Origin: a virus
DNA: 64,000 nt
Direction: 5' to 3' (one strand)
Virus record (IMG/VR): IMGVR_UViG_3300028901_000316
This document shows positions 1 to 9,146 of the stretch, piece after piece (position 1 is the first letter of the stretch; the number at the start of each line of letters is the position of its first letter). The notes beneath the pieces were generated by a model. It had not been told where the DNA came from, made no database searches, and saw nothing but the letters and a program-made list of their open reading frames with translations. Position numbers and translations under genes: made by a program.

Positions 1-1
1 A

Positions 2-1675
2 ATCCAAAAGAAAAGAGACCCACCCAAGGGTGAGTCTCTTCACAAGCGGAGAGGGGGAGATTCGAACTCCCCCGCTGTATTTCTCACTCGGTTCGGCAGA
101 TTCCAAATACCCCCCGGTCCCGTCGCTCCGCGCCATTGGCTCGGACAAGTGCGAACAAGACTTCGCCAACGGCGAGCTGGCGTGCGGAACCGGGGTTTGA
201 TTCGTGAGTGTGCATGAAGTCTTGCTCGCTGACACATCTTGTCGACCATCGGTTCGCTTGTCAACGCCCTTTCCAACGCTTTCCCGAAAATTTCTCCTAT
301 CTGGCGACGTGTGGCGGGTTTGCGGCAGTGTGTTCTTCTCGGGAGTTTCGCTCCTCGGCTGATCATGTTCGCCGCGCGGCGGCGGATGCGAATCGCTCCC
401 ATCCCATGCTGGAAGCCGAGAGATTGCTGCATGCATCTCTTGTGGCGTGGGGTCAAAATACCGCTTTGTCAGCGCCGTCATGTGACGCCGCAAATACGCG
501 CACATTTCTTCGCCAACGCCCGCGACTCCGAGCGTGGTCTCGAATGTCTTCCGCATCGAGTGGAAGGTTGCGGCTCGCTTCCGCTTGTCGAACTTCGCAA
601 CGCCCGCGGCGAGCAGGTCGCGGTCGAACGTGTGATGATTCGGACGCATCAGAAACAGCAGGCCGTCGTCAAGCCGCTTCCGTTGAATCACGGTGAGCGA
701 ATCGCGATTCTTCCTGTTCGCGTCGATCATCTTCCGAAGCGGTGCGACAAGCGATGCGTGCAGCGGAAGTTCCCACTTGACGCGGTTTTTCGCGATCTCT
801 TTGCGGACGTGAATGAGCGGCGCTGCCCCATCGAGTTCGATGTCGTCCACGCGGATCTGCCAAGCCTCGCCGACACGAAGTCCGGTGTAGAACAAGAACA
901 AGTTCCAGAGCCAACGCCACCCGGCACACCGGCCGTCAAGTTGATGAGCGTCGCGGCCCGCTCTCGCGATTGCGAACACATCTCCGACCGGCAGCGCCCT
1001 TGAGCCCTCGTCTGCCTCTCCCCCGATTCCCGCGATGCCAGCGAAGGGGTCGATCTTCCACCTCTGCAAAGACATCATGGTCGTGCCGAAGGCACGAAGC
1101 CGATTGACGACTTGATCGTGTGTCTTTGACTTCCACCCCCGCTCCTCCTGTTGGCGACCGATCCACGACACGACGTGTTGACGATCTATGTCAACGTGGG
1201 TTTTCCACCCATGCGCAGTCGTGATGTCTTCCAACAGTCGCTTTGCCTTGGCGATCTCTTCAGTGCTGTGACGGAGACGACGCCGCTCGTCCGCGAAAGC
1301 TTCGATGTCGTCGCGCAGACCGCGCCCAACCTGGCTCGGCGGATTGCCCGCCGCGACCGGCGCCGGGCCCGCGGAACTGATCTGAATGTCGAGCTGGTCT
1401 GGTGTCACGCCGCCAACGGGAGCAGAAACCGACCTCAATGTCAATAGAGATTCAACCGGCTTAACATCATTGTTATCAACGGTTTGCACATTGATCCGCA
1501 CAGTGATGTTCAGCGGAATGTCAATCGGTCTCGGCACTCGCTCGATTGCCGGGAACCCCTCGGGCCTTCGCGACTTCACTTCTTTGATCGGCTCAGTTTC
1601 GCAGATCCGCGCCAACGGGACATCGACCAGCCGGAGCCGCGTCGGCTCCACGTTCCCCTGTTGCAAACCCCGCAT
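2..1675 (-). CDS. int: Tyrosine recombinase/integrase (absent from the ORF track; no stop codon inside the window; start uncertain, ATG 1675 or GTG 1681)
   Basis: Manual translation: LFYTGLRVGEA (catalytic R), KEIAKNR (K), DRDLLAAGVAKFDKRKRAATFHSMRKTF (HxxR), LRRH...LTKRYF (H, Y at 458-460). Frame is open from 1750 to base 2. Confidence 0.92.
   Translation of the reverse strand, partial: MRGLQQGNVEPTRLRLVDVPLARICETEPIKEVKSRRPEGFPAIERVPRPIDIPLNITVRINVQTVDNNDVKPVESLLTLRSVSAPVGGVTPDQLDIQISSAGPAPVAAGNPPSQVGRGLRDDIEAFADERRRLRHSTEEIAKAKRLLEDITTAHGWKTHVDIDRQHVVSWIGRQQEERGWKSKTHDQVVNRLRAFGTTMMSLQRWKIDPFAGIAGIGGEADEGSRALPVGDVFAIARAGRDAHQLDGRCAGWRWLWNLFLFYTGLRVGEAWQIRVDDIELDGAAPLIHVRKEIAKNRVKWELPLHASLVAPLRKMIDANRKNRDSLTVIQRKRLDDGLLFLMRPNHHTFDRDLLAAGVAKFDKRKRAATFHSMRKTFETTLGVAGVGEEMCAYLRRHMTALTKRYFDPTPQEMHAAISRLPAWDGSDSHPPPRGEHDQPRSETPEKNTLPQTRHTSPDRRNFRESVGKGVDKRTDGRQDVSASKTSCTLTNQTPVPHASSPLAKSCSHLSEPMARSDGTGGYLESAEPSEKYSGGVRISPSPLVKRLTLGWVSFLLD
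7..40 (-). terminator. Intrinsic terminator downstream of the tRNA 3' fragment
   Basis: Hairpin AAGAGAC-C-CACCC-AA-GGGTG-A-GTCTCTT (13-40) followed on the minus strand by TTCTTTT. Confidence 0.75.
47..74 (-). repeat. att core: duplicated 3' end of a tRNA (probably tRNA-Ser), not a complete tRNA
   Basis: Minus strand CGGGGGAG-TTCGAAT-CTCCC-CCTCTCC-G is a T-arm plus the 3' acceptor strand with a G discriminator. Upstream sequence gives no matching 5' acceptor strand, D arm or anticodon arm. Confidence 0.8.
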
Positions 1676-1988
1676 CAGCACACCCTTTTTCCAATGCGAG
1701 CCACGCCAAACCGTCCTTGGTCTGGCCACAACCGTATCCGAACTACATCCTCACAAACGCGCGCGATGTTGTCAAGCGCGCGAACAGCAACCGCCGTCCA
1801 CTTTGTGGCGACCGCAGCATCTAAACCTTGTTTCTGATTCGCCTTGCGGCACGTCCCCGGTGAAAACACCAGAATCATCCGTGCGGGCTTAGGCACTTGT
1901 GGCTTGATCTACGGCCGTCCGTGAAGGAAGTTTCAGCGTTCGGGTCTCTATTTTGTGAAACGCGACCTTTTAGGGGGAACGCCCTACA

Positions 1989-2441
1989 TCACGGCGCGAG
2001 CAGTCCGGCGGTTCGGAGCGAGCCGAGCAGCTCATTGATCTTGTTCTTCAAATCGGTCGTGGTCGGGCTGCCCGAAAGATCCGCGACAGCGGCGGCCTGC
2101 GAGCCGACGGTTTTCCAAGCGGATCCGTCGTAGCGCAGCTTCACGTTCTCGTCGTCGACCCAGAGTTCCAGCCCTTCCTGGGGCGCGATGAAGATCCATC
2201 CCGTCCCGACGTAATACGTGAACTTTCCCGCCTGACCGCTCCAGGCGCCGGTCGGGCTGCCAGCGATGAGGTATCGATCGCCCTGAGCCGGCGAACCAGG
2301 CGGGCTCGCGAGGTCGCGGTCCTTCACCCGGGGAATCACCAGAGCGTCGAGTCTCGACAGCCCCGCGTTGATATCGAGTTCGGCCGTGATCGAGGGCGGG
2401 CTGTCGAGCAGCTGCAGCGCGAGGTTGGGCGTGGTGGTCAT
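1989..2441 (-). CDS. DUF2793-family tail-associated protein
   Basis: MTTTPNLALQLL...INAGLSRLDALV...DRDLASPPGSPAQGDRYLIAGSPTGAWSGQAGK...GWIFIAPQEG. Confidence 0.85.
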   Translation of the reverse strand: MTTTPNLALQLLDSPPSITAELDINAGLSRLDALVIPRVKDRDLASPPGSPAQGDRYLIAGSPTGAWSGQAGKFTYYVGTGWIFIAPQEGLELWVDDENVKLRYDGSAWKTVGSQAAAVADLSGSPTTTDLKNKINELLGSLRTAGLLAP

Positions 2442-2555
2442 GCGCCATCTTGCCGCGCGGGCCGGATGCGCCCAACCGTCAAGTTCCGCTTGACACTTCA
2501 ACGTGTCAGCGTTGCTTACACGTTCGCGACCATTCTGGTGACGTCAACACAATGC

Positions 2556-4859
2556 TCAGATGGTCGCGGTCCCGGCGTTTCCACGCCCGACCGCCGCGGA
2601 AATCTGGTAGATCTCGATGTCGATCGGATCGCCCGGCGTGATCCCATCAAGCGTCTGGTCCGCCGCGCTGTAGCTCCACGTCTCGTCGGTCACGCGCTCG
2701 GTCCTGACGGGCGAGCCAGCAAGTTTCACCACGACGTCATACACCCGCTGATCGTCGAGCGCCGGCGCGGCCTGGAAGAGGCGCGTGATCGCCCGCGACC
2801 TGCGCTGCCACGTCACCGACAGGTTGTTCGACACGTCACGCAAGCCGCGAATCACGCATGGCGCGAAGGGCCGGAGCGTGCGACCCGAAAGGGTCAGGGT
2901 CTTGCTCGTCTGGCTCTCGACCGTCGCGCCTGCCGGCACGGCCCGGAGCTTGCGCGCGGTCCCGAGCAGCGTGTAGCTCGACGCGTTGAAGTCCACCGAC
3001 GTCGTGGTGAGCAGCACCGCTCGTTCGTTTGTCGCGTGGCTCCCCACCGCCGCGCCGGTGTCACGCAGCCCGCGGGCGAGTGTCGAAAGCGTGTACTGCT
3101 TCGAACCGTCGCCAGCGGTGCCGGTCAGGGTTGCGGTCGCGAACCCGATGATCTCGTCGCCGAGCAGCATCCAGTTCGATCCGTTGAGGACCTCGGCCTC
3201 GGTCACGCTCGCGAGTTCGCCCTCCTGCATCTCGACCGTGACGGAGTTGCCGCGATCCCAGAGCCCCAGCGGCGCGGCCGCGAGCGTCGAGGTCGCCTTG
3301 CCGATGATCGATTCGTTCGCACGCGCGCCGACGAGCGACCACGCCAGGTCGTCGGGCGATCCGTAGAGGTTGGCACCCCGCCACTTCGCCGCCGGCAGCT
3401 CGGCCGCGATCGCGGAGTAGAACCCAAAGACGGTGCAGTGGTCGTTGACGAGCGGCGGCAGGTCCATCGGCTGCCAAGTGAGGGCCGGCGCGGTATAGAC
3501 CGTTTCGCCAGTCGCGGTCGAGACATCGGACCGCACGGCCGACTTCCAAACCTGATTCTCGACCAGCACGCCCTCGCACACATACTGCCAGTTCGCGCCA
3601 CGCTCGATCTGGGTCACCCGCACCATGTAGTTGCGGCCCTTGTAGGCGATTTGCGCAATGTCGTTCTCTTCGAGATGGATGTAGCGCGGCGGCAAGGTGA
3701 AGCGTGCACGCTTGCGCTCGACCAACTCGCGGAACAGTTCCTGGCGGGCGATCCGCTTGGCCCGCACCGACGAGATGACGAGCGGTAGATTGATCGTCCG
3801 CACGTTCAGCGATCCGGATGCCCGCCGATCCGAGACCGATCCTCGCTGGCCCTCCGCGTCGGGATCGACGAAGTTGACGGTCGCGTGCGTCGGCAGAGTC
3901 GCGATGCCCGAGTCGGTCACCTCGAGCGCCGGCACCTCTTCGCCGTCGGGCGCTGCCCCGAGGTCGTCGGCATCGATCACCACCACGTCCTCGTCGCCGC
4001 GGTGGCGGAACACGATCTTTCCGTTGCTCTCGCGGCGCACGATCCGGTACGCCACCATGATGGCCTCGAGCAACTGGTTGCCCGGGATCGGGCCCGAGAT
4101 CGTGATGCCGCGGAAGCACGAGTCGATGCGCGACACGTCGACCTTTTCGCGGGGGATACCACGCGACTCGTGGATCCGCAGGATCGCTTCCCGCACGCTG
4201 ATGCCGTGCTGGCATTCGAACAGGGCGCGGAACTGTGGCAGCGCGTTGCCGAAGGGCGCGAGCGCGAGCTTTCCGATCACCGAATAGCAGGTCCCGCGAT
4301 AGGCCGGCACGGTCCCGACTCCGCCGTGCAGGGTTTCGAGCAGCGAGTTGGGCGTCTGCTCCTCGGAGCCGTAGTACATGTAGGCCGACTGGAGTACGCC
4401 CTCGTCCCACGAGGTGCCGTCGTAGATCATCTTGCCGTTCGCCCACGCGAACAGCATCTTGTTCATCGAGCCCGGGTAGGTGTGGCCCCACGCGACCGCC
4501 ACCACGCTCATGAAGTACTTCGTGTTGGTCGCGCTCGCGCCGCCCTTGCCCGCCGATGTCTCTTCCTCTTCCTTGAGGATCTCGCCCAGGTCGATGATCT
4601 GGCCATCGGTCGGCGCACGGTCGCCAAGCAGCCACGGCATCGGGACACCTTCAGAGCCCGAGACGTTGAGTTCGGTGAGCTGGGGACCGGTGCCGGTCTT
4701 CTGGCCGAACAGCGCGGGGAAGATGAGCGTGTTGTCGACGAGCCCGCCCACGATGCCGCCGATCGCTCCACCAACGGCCGCTGACGAGAGACCAAGAACC
4801 GTTCCGCCGATCGGACCACCGATCGCGGCGCCGGCAGCGTAGAGCGCGAGAGTCGCCAT
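2556..4859 (-). CDS. Phage tail/host-specificity protein (Phage-tail_3 type, related to GTA g15 but without the TIM-barrel part)
   Basis: MATLALYAAG...SEGVPMPWLLG...PAYRGTCYSVIGKLALAPFGNALPQF...GNWMLLGDEIIGFATA...YTLSTLARGLRDT...LRPFAP; lies downstream of NlpC/P60. Confidence 0.85.
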   Translation of the reverse strand: MATLALYAAGAAIGGPIGGTVLGLSSAAVGGAIGGIVGGLVDNTLIFPALFGQKTGTGPQLTELNVSGSEGVPMPWLLGDRAPTDGQIIDLGEILKEEEETSAGKGGASATNTKYFMSVVAVAWGHTYPGSMNKMLFAWANGKMIYDGTSWDEGVLQSAYMYYGSEEQTPNSLLETLHGGVGTVPAYRGTCYSVIGKLALAPFGNALPQFRALFECQHGISVREAILRIHESRGIPREKVDVSRIDSCFRGITISGPIPGNQLLEAIMVAYRIVRRESNGKIVFRHRGDEDVVVIDADDLGAAPDGEEVPALEVTDSGIATLPTHATVNFVDPDAEGQRGSVSDRRASGSLNVRTINLPLVISSVRAKRIARQELFRELVERKRARFTLPPRYIHLEENDIAQIAYKGRNYMVRVTQIERGANWQYVCEGVLVENQVWKSAVRSDVSTATGETVYTAPALTWQPMDLPPLVNDHCTVFGFYSAIAAELPAAKWRGANLYGSPDDLAWSLVGARANESIIGKATSTLAAAPLGLWDRGNSVTVEMQEGELASVTEAEVLNGSNWMLLGDEIIGFATATLTGTAGDGSKQYTLSTLARGLRDTGAAVGSHATNERAVLLTTTSVDFNASSYTLLGTARKLRAVPAGATVESQTSKTLTLSGRTLRPFAPCVIRGLRDVSNNLSVTWQRRSRAITRLFQAAPALDDQRVYDVVVKLAGSPVRTERVTDETWSYSAADQTLDGITPGDPIDIEIYQISAAVGRGNAGTATI

Positions 4860-4861
4860 CT

Positions 4862-5314
4862 TCAGTCCTCCAGTCCGCGAAGCCGAAATGCCGCGACGAG
4901 CCGAGGCGTCCACACCTCATCGAGCGACGTCTCGATCACGCGCCCAGGATCCCGATTGGTCGACGCGCGTCCGCCCTCGAGATAGCTGTGCACCATGCCG
5001 CGATCGGTCTTGATCCCGATGTGCTGCGCGATCCCCTCGGCCGCGTGCCAGTAGGCCAGCGCGTCGCCCGGGCGTGCGTCCTCGATCGAGATCTCTTCCA
5101 GCCGTGCACGCAACTCGGCAATCAGTCGATCACCCTGCGGACGCCTCGGGTAGTCGGTCACGTCGTCGAGCTGCAGGCCACACGCGCGAGCGGTTCCGAC
5201 CAGCAGCCCCACACAGTCGACGCCGCCGCCCGGACCCTTGAGCCGCCCTTGGTGGTGCCAAGGCGTCCCGATCCACGTCCGTGCCTCCGCGACGATCTGT
5301 TGGCGTGTCGCCAT
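4862..5314 (-). CDS. NlpC/P60 family phage cell-wall peptidase
   Basis: IVAEARTWIGTPWHHQGR...GVDCVGLL (catalytic C)...AQHIGI...MVHSY. Confidence 0.9.
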   Translation of the reverse strand: MATRQQIVAEARTWIGTPWHHQGRLKGPGGGVDCVGLLVGTARACGLQLDDVTDYPRRPQGDRLIAELRARLEEISIEDARPGDALAYWHAAEGIAQHIGIKTDRGMVHSYLEGGRASTNRDPGRVIETSLDEVWTPRLVAAFRLRGLED

Positions 5315-5318
5315 CTCG

Positions 5319-6167
5319 CTACTCCGGCGCTTTCAGCACCTTGTTGACGCCAGGTTGATGAGGGAACCCGCGGAAGTTCACGCGGTTCGAGAACTTGTCG
5401 CCGCACGTCGAGAAGTTGCCGTCACAGCCCGCGATGATCGTGAAGGTGTCGCCAACCTCGACCGCGAACGGCGTCGCGATCTCGAGGCGGATGTTGCCCG
5501 AGGCGGAGCGCGAATCTTGAACGTCACTCACGATCCCCGCATTCGCGCCCGTCAGCCAGGTGAGCTTGCCCGACGCGAACCACGAGTTGGCGAGCGAGCC
5601 CGACAGGTCGGTCTCGAACTCGAGGCGATCAACCAACACGGTCGCGATCGCGTGCGGCGTGTAGGTGAAGGCCGTCAGGTCCTTCGCACAGCGGGCATCG
5701 CCCAGCACCGCGTCACAGTCGCGCGAGTAGACGCGGCCGACGTTCCGGCTGAGGCGGATCGACAGCCCGTCGATCTGGGCCGCCCAGCTCTCGCCCGTCT
5801 GAACCGTCTCGGTGATCTCGTACTCGGCCCGCTCATACTCGCCCGCCCATGGGTACATCCAGTCGACAACCTGCTCCAGCACCTGTGCGCCGCGATATCG
5901 ACCCGCCGCCAGGTCGTCGTGCGTGATCTTCTCCGAGTCGAGCCCGCCCTTGAACTCGCGGTTCTGGCCGTCAAGTCCTGCCCGCTTCTGCCGTGCCGAG
6001 ATCTCGGCCGCGGCCGGCTCGAACACTTGGCCGTCGACCGTCAGCGGGGCGTCGTGATCGGTAAACCGCAGCACCACCGCGTCGGCGCGCGTGATGGTCC
6101 AGAGCGTGCACGGGCGCATGCAGCCGGACCTGATGAGACTCAACATGGGGCCGCGAAGCTTGAGCAC
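5319..6167 (-). CDS. DUF2163 / BR0599-family tail hub protein
   Basis: CTLWTITRADAVVLRFTDHDAPLTVDG...YSRDCDAVLGDARC...AGCDGNFSTCGDKFSNRVNFRGFPHQPG. Confidence 0.9.
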   Translation of the reverse strand: MLKLRGPMLSLIRSGCMRPCTLWTITRADAVVLRFTDHDAPLTVDGQVFEPAAAEISARQKRAGLDGQNREFKGGLDSEKITHDDLAAGRYRGAQVLEQVVDWMYPWAGEYERAEYEITETVQTGESWAAQIDGLSIRLSRNVGRVYSRDCDAVLGDARCAKDLTAFTYTPHAIATVLVDRLEFETDLSGSLANSWFASGKLTWLTGANAGIVSDVQDSRSASGNIRLEIATPFAVEVGDTFTIIAGCDGNFSTCGDKFSNRVNFRGFPHQPGVNKVLKAPE

Positions 6168-6199
6168 GCCCGATGAGAGCGCGGCCGGAGGGTTGCGCC

Positions 6200-6946
6200 T
6201 TAGCGACGAAGCCCGTCCGTGCCCTCTGGCGGGTCGCAGCAGCCGCGACGCTCCGACCTTGGGTCAAAGTCGCCGGGCACGACCTGGCGGGGCAGCGTGG
6301 CCCTCGGGCGAAGTTCTGGCGAGTCGGCGGGGATCCCCATCGCGATCTCGTGGAGCTTGGTCGCCAGTGCGTTGACGGGTGGACGCCGCTTAATGGGGAC
6401 GAACGGCACCTCGACCGCGTCGGGATTCCAGACCAGCGCCTCGGACAGGTCAAACGCCACCATGGCGTAGACCGCGCAGGGTGTGAGCGTCCAGAACGTG
6501 TCGATCGCGACACCGCCCCACCACTTGGGCACGAGCATCCGCAGCTCGCTCGCCTCTTCGGGCGACTGGATGATCGCCACCACGTCGAGGTCCTTGATGG
6601 GACGCGAGGGTTGCAGGACGGCCGATCCGGTCACGTAAAGGCGAGCAACCGACGCGATTGAGGCGAAGGCCTCGCGCAGCGCCGGCAGTTCGGGCGGCAG
6701 GTAGAGCCGCGTCGCGTCGAGATGCCGCCGGACCTTGATCGGGCTGTAGCGAGTGCCGTGAGCGAGGCGCCGGACCGACCAGTCGATGAAGGGCTGGGTC
6801 ACGACCCCGCCGGTGTGGCGAGGTCCTTGGGCCCGCGGGCACGCGATATCGCAGTCCACCTTCCCGACGCGCGAGACCTCACCCACCACATGGGCCATCG
6901 GGATGCAGGCGCCGCCGGGATCGAGGTGAGGACATTGGTTCGTCAT
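6200..6946 (-). CDS. Putative Pol-beta-superfamily nucleotidyltransferase-domain protein
   Basis: LYVTGSAVLQPSRPIKDLDVVAII fits the hG[GS]-x-DhD signature; ATGA overlap with the upstream gene. Confidence 0.55.
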   Translation of the reverse strand: MTNQCPHLDPGGACIPMAHVVGEVSRVGKVDCDIACPRAQGPRHTGGVVTQPFIDWSVRRLAHGTRYSPIKVRRHLDATRLYLPPELPALREAFASIASVARLYVTGSAVLQPSRPIKDLDVVAIIQSPEEASELRMLVPKWWGGVAIDTFWTLTPCAVYAMVAFDLSEALVWNPDAVEVPFVPIKRRPPVNALATKLHEIAMGIPADSPELRPRATLPRQVVPGDFDPRSERRGCCDPPEGTDGLRR

Positions 6947-7689
6947 GTCGGGCGGTTGCTCCACACAATCGTGATCTCGTCGCACCGCGCCGTCGAGTCG
7001 TAATCGTCGCCGCAGCTCGCGTCGCTCCCGCCCGTGTAGGACCAGGAGAAGGTGTGGCCCGCGCCGTCCGTAAATGTGCCGCCCGTCGCACAGCCGCAAA
7101 GGTCGACGCCGAACACGCTGCGGAACCACTCACAGCTTGCCTGCACCGAGTCGCCGACATAGAGCGAGACGAGGAAGTTCTGCTTCGCGGTGTTGTAACC
7201 CTCGATGCAGGTCGCGAACGCTTCGATTTCGAGGTCGAGGCACGGGATAGCCGAGTCGCATCCGGTCGGCGGGATCTCGTCCGACGTGCAGATCGGTTCG
7301 GTCGTCGCGCTCGAGCCCACCGCCGCGATCGCGTCGCGGGTGCCGCGCGAGTAGGTCCGCCCCGAGCCCGCCGCGCCCGTGTGGTGGATCCACTTGCCGG
7401 CGGCGGTCGAGTTCCGGACGAGCCCGAGTGTCGCGACCGACCCGCCCGCGAGCGAGAACAGCGTCGTGTCCGCCGCATCCTTCACCGCGATCGCATTCGG
7501 CCCCGAGTTGTGGAGCACGTATTGGCCGAAGCCCAGCCCGATCCGGCGGGCGTCGTCGAGCTTCACCGACTTTCCCGAGGTGGCGGCCGACACGTTCCAC
7601 GCGCGAGCAAGCCCGTAGGTCAGCTTGTGGCTGCTCGTCACCGCAAGGTATCGGCCGGCGCCGAGGAATCGTTCGCGCGAGATCGTCAT
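6943..7689 (-). CDS. Putative tail-tip protein with a Cys-rich C-terminus
   Basis: MTISRERFLG...; N-terminal ~100 aa resembles the C-terminal extension of the neighbouring DUF2460 gene; 7 Cys in the C-terminal half. Confidence 0.6.
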   Translation of the reverse strand: MTISRERFLGAGRYLAVTSSHKLTYGLARAWNVSAATSGKSVKLDDARRIGLGFGQYVLHNSGPNAIAVKDAADTTLFSLAGGSVATLGLVRNSTAAGKWIHHTGAAGSGRTYSRGTRDAIAAVGSSATTEPICTSDEIPPTGCDSAIPCLDLEIEAFATCIEGYNTAKQNFLVSLYVGDSVQASCEWFRSVFGVDLCGCATGGTFTDGAGHTFSWSYTGGSDASCGDDYDSTARCDEITIVWSNRPT

Positions 7690-7691
7690 CT

Positions 7692-8669
7692 TCAGCCCTC
7701 GCTCGCGTACACCGTCACCGCCCCGCCACTCGCGAGGCTCGCCCAAACGATCACGACCTTGCCCGCCTGGCAGGTGATCAGCGTCGAGCCGTCGTGTGTC
7801 TTGATGTCGAAGTCATTTGCACCGTCGTTGGCGACCACCAGCATGGGCCAGCCTGTCGGGCCCGTGCTCATGTCCCAGAGCGTTCCCGCCTTCCCGCTCG
7901 CGGTCGCGTTGACGCTCCAGAGCAGGCCATCGAGTGGGTCGAACGTGAAGTTGTCGGCCGTCGCGAGTTCGTACGACCCGCCGTGATTCACATCGCTCGC
8001 GACCTCGAGGCCGTCGATGATCTCCTCCATCGGCAGACTGCTGATCTCGCGCGTGCCGAAGGTTGAGCAGTCGATCGGGTTATTGCGATCGGCCGATTCG
8101 CTGAACCGCACCGGCACATCGAACTGCCCGCCCCAGGTCGGGATCACGCCCACACCCGGCGGCGACGTGAAGGTCAGCAGGCCCGTCGCGGTGTTGACAC
8201 TCCAGCCCGACATCTGCTCGACGCCGTCGAGCCCGATCCGCACCGTGCCGGCCCGCGGCTTCGTGATGTTCCGCACATACGACTGCCCGCCGTTGGTGTA
8301 TCGCTTCACGAGCTGGAACGTGGTCTTGACCCCATCGCCGACGCCCAGTTCCTGATCAAATGGAGTCGCGACCGAGCCGGGCAGTGCGCCGTGATCCGCC
8401 GACGTGAGAAAGTCGGTCCAGTCCTTCAAGCGGAAGCCACGCTCGGCACCACGCCGCGCGAAGTAGAAGCTCAGGATCGCGGCGATCTTGTCCGGAGCCT
8501 TCGCGGTCTCGCGGATGTCGTAACGGTGCACCGCGACCTGCGCGAGCGACGTGCGCTGCTCCGCGCGGTTGGGAGTCCGGATGATCGACGTGTTGAACCC
8601 AGCCCCGAACGTCGAGCCATAGCTCACGCCCTCGGGGAACAGAACTTCATCGAAAGGTCCGCTCGGCAT
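7692..8669 (-). CDS. DUF2460 (TIGR02217) distal tail protein with a C-terminal extension
   Basis: FDEVLFPEGVSYGSTFGAGFNTSI...ARRGAERGFRLKDWTDF...LGVGDGVKTTFQLVKRY...RNITKPRAGTVRI...GGQFDVPVRF. Confidence 0.9.
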   Translation of the reverse strand: MPSGPFDEVLFPEGVSYGSTFGAGFNTSIIRTPNRAEQRTSLAQVAVHRYDIRETAKAPDKIAAILSFYFARRGAERGFRLKDWTDFLTSADHGALPGSVATPFDQELGVGDGVKTTFQLVKRYTNGGQSYVRNITKPRAGTVRIGLDGVEQMSGWSVNTATGLLTFTSPPGVGVIPTWGGQFDVPVRFSESADRNNPIDCSTFGTREISSLPMEEIIDGLEVASDVNHGGSYELATADNFTFDPLDGLLWSVNATASGKAGTLWDMSTGPTGWPMLVVANDGANDFDIKTHDGSTLITCQAGKVVIVWASLASGGAVTVYASEG

Positions 8670-8727
8670 GGCCGATTGGAGCAGCTGGGAGCGGTTGCGC
8701 TTCGGTTACGCCGAGTTTGCGTCCAGT

Positions 8728-9045
8728 TCATGAGACCCCGCCCGCGCACGCAAATAGAACCAGCCACGCCGCCTTGCAAAGGATGTGCAGAAACTGGTCC
8801 TGCCCGAACGTTGTGACACGCCGCACCTTCAGTTCGTCAATCGCCGTGTGGGCCGCGATCTCCGCGAGGCCCATCGCGATCGAGCCGGTAACGAGCGAGA
8901 CCGCTGCCCCGTGGATTGTCGCGTGGCCGACTAGATGCCACAGCCGAAGTGGACCGTCCTGCTTCGCCCGGGACAGGAAATCTCCCTGGAGCGGGTAATC
9001 ACAGACAAAGTGGGCGGCCAGAAGATAGAGCGCAAGGGTCAGCAT
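8728..9045 (-). CDS. DUF3307-family membrane protein
   Basis: LLAAHFVCDYPLQGDFL...HLVGHATIHG...AHTAIDELK...DQFLHILCK. Confidence 0.8.
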   Translation of the reverse strand: MLTLALYLLAAHFVCDYPLQGDFLSRAKQDGPLRLWHLVGHATIHGAAVSLVTGSIAMGLAEIAAHTAIDELKVRRVTTFGQDQFLHILCKAAWLVLFACAGGVS

Positions 9046-9146
9046 GCTGGCATGTTGACATCCATTCAGGTTGCGATGCCAGCATCGCGGTCGATTGCTG
9101 GCATGACGGTGGCCCTCGATGTACCAATGTTCGGTACATCGGTACA
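9045..9146. promoter_or_regulatory. Operator-like repeats in a divergent intergenic region
   Basis: TGCTGGCAT at 9045-9053 and 9096-9104, inverted copy ATGCCAGCA at 9076-9084; GATGTACC...GGTACATC inverted repeat at ~9118-9140. Confidence 0.45.

Noticed and set aside
47-135. Complete tRNA-Ser gene
   Set aside because: Only the T arm and 3' acceptor strand are present. The upstream GGAGCGA pairs poorly and no D or anticodon arm forms, so it is treated as an att fragment.
208-1896. Plus-strand ORFs 239-1003, 1151-1447, 1484-1837 and similar
   Set aside because: Antisense shadows of the integrase frame, typical of high-GC DNA
2480-2530. Plus-strand TTGACA promoter/hairpin between tail genes
   Set aside because: No convincing -10 at the proper spacing and no plus-strand gene downstream
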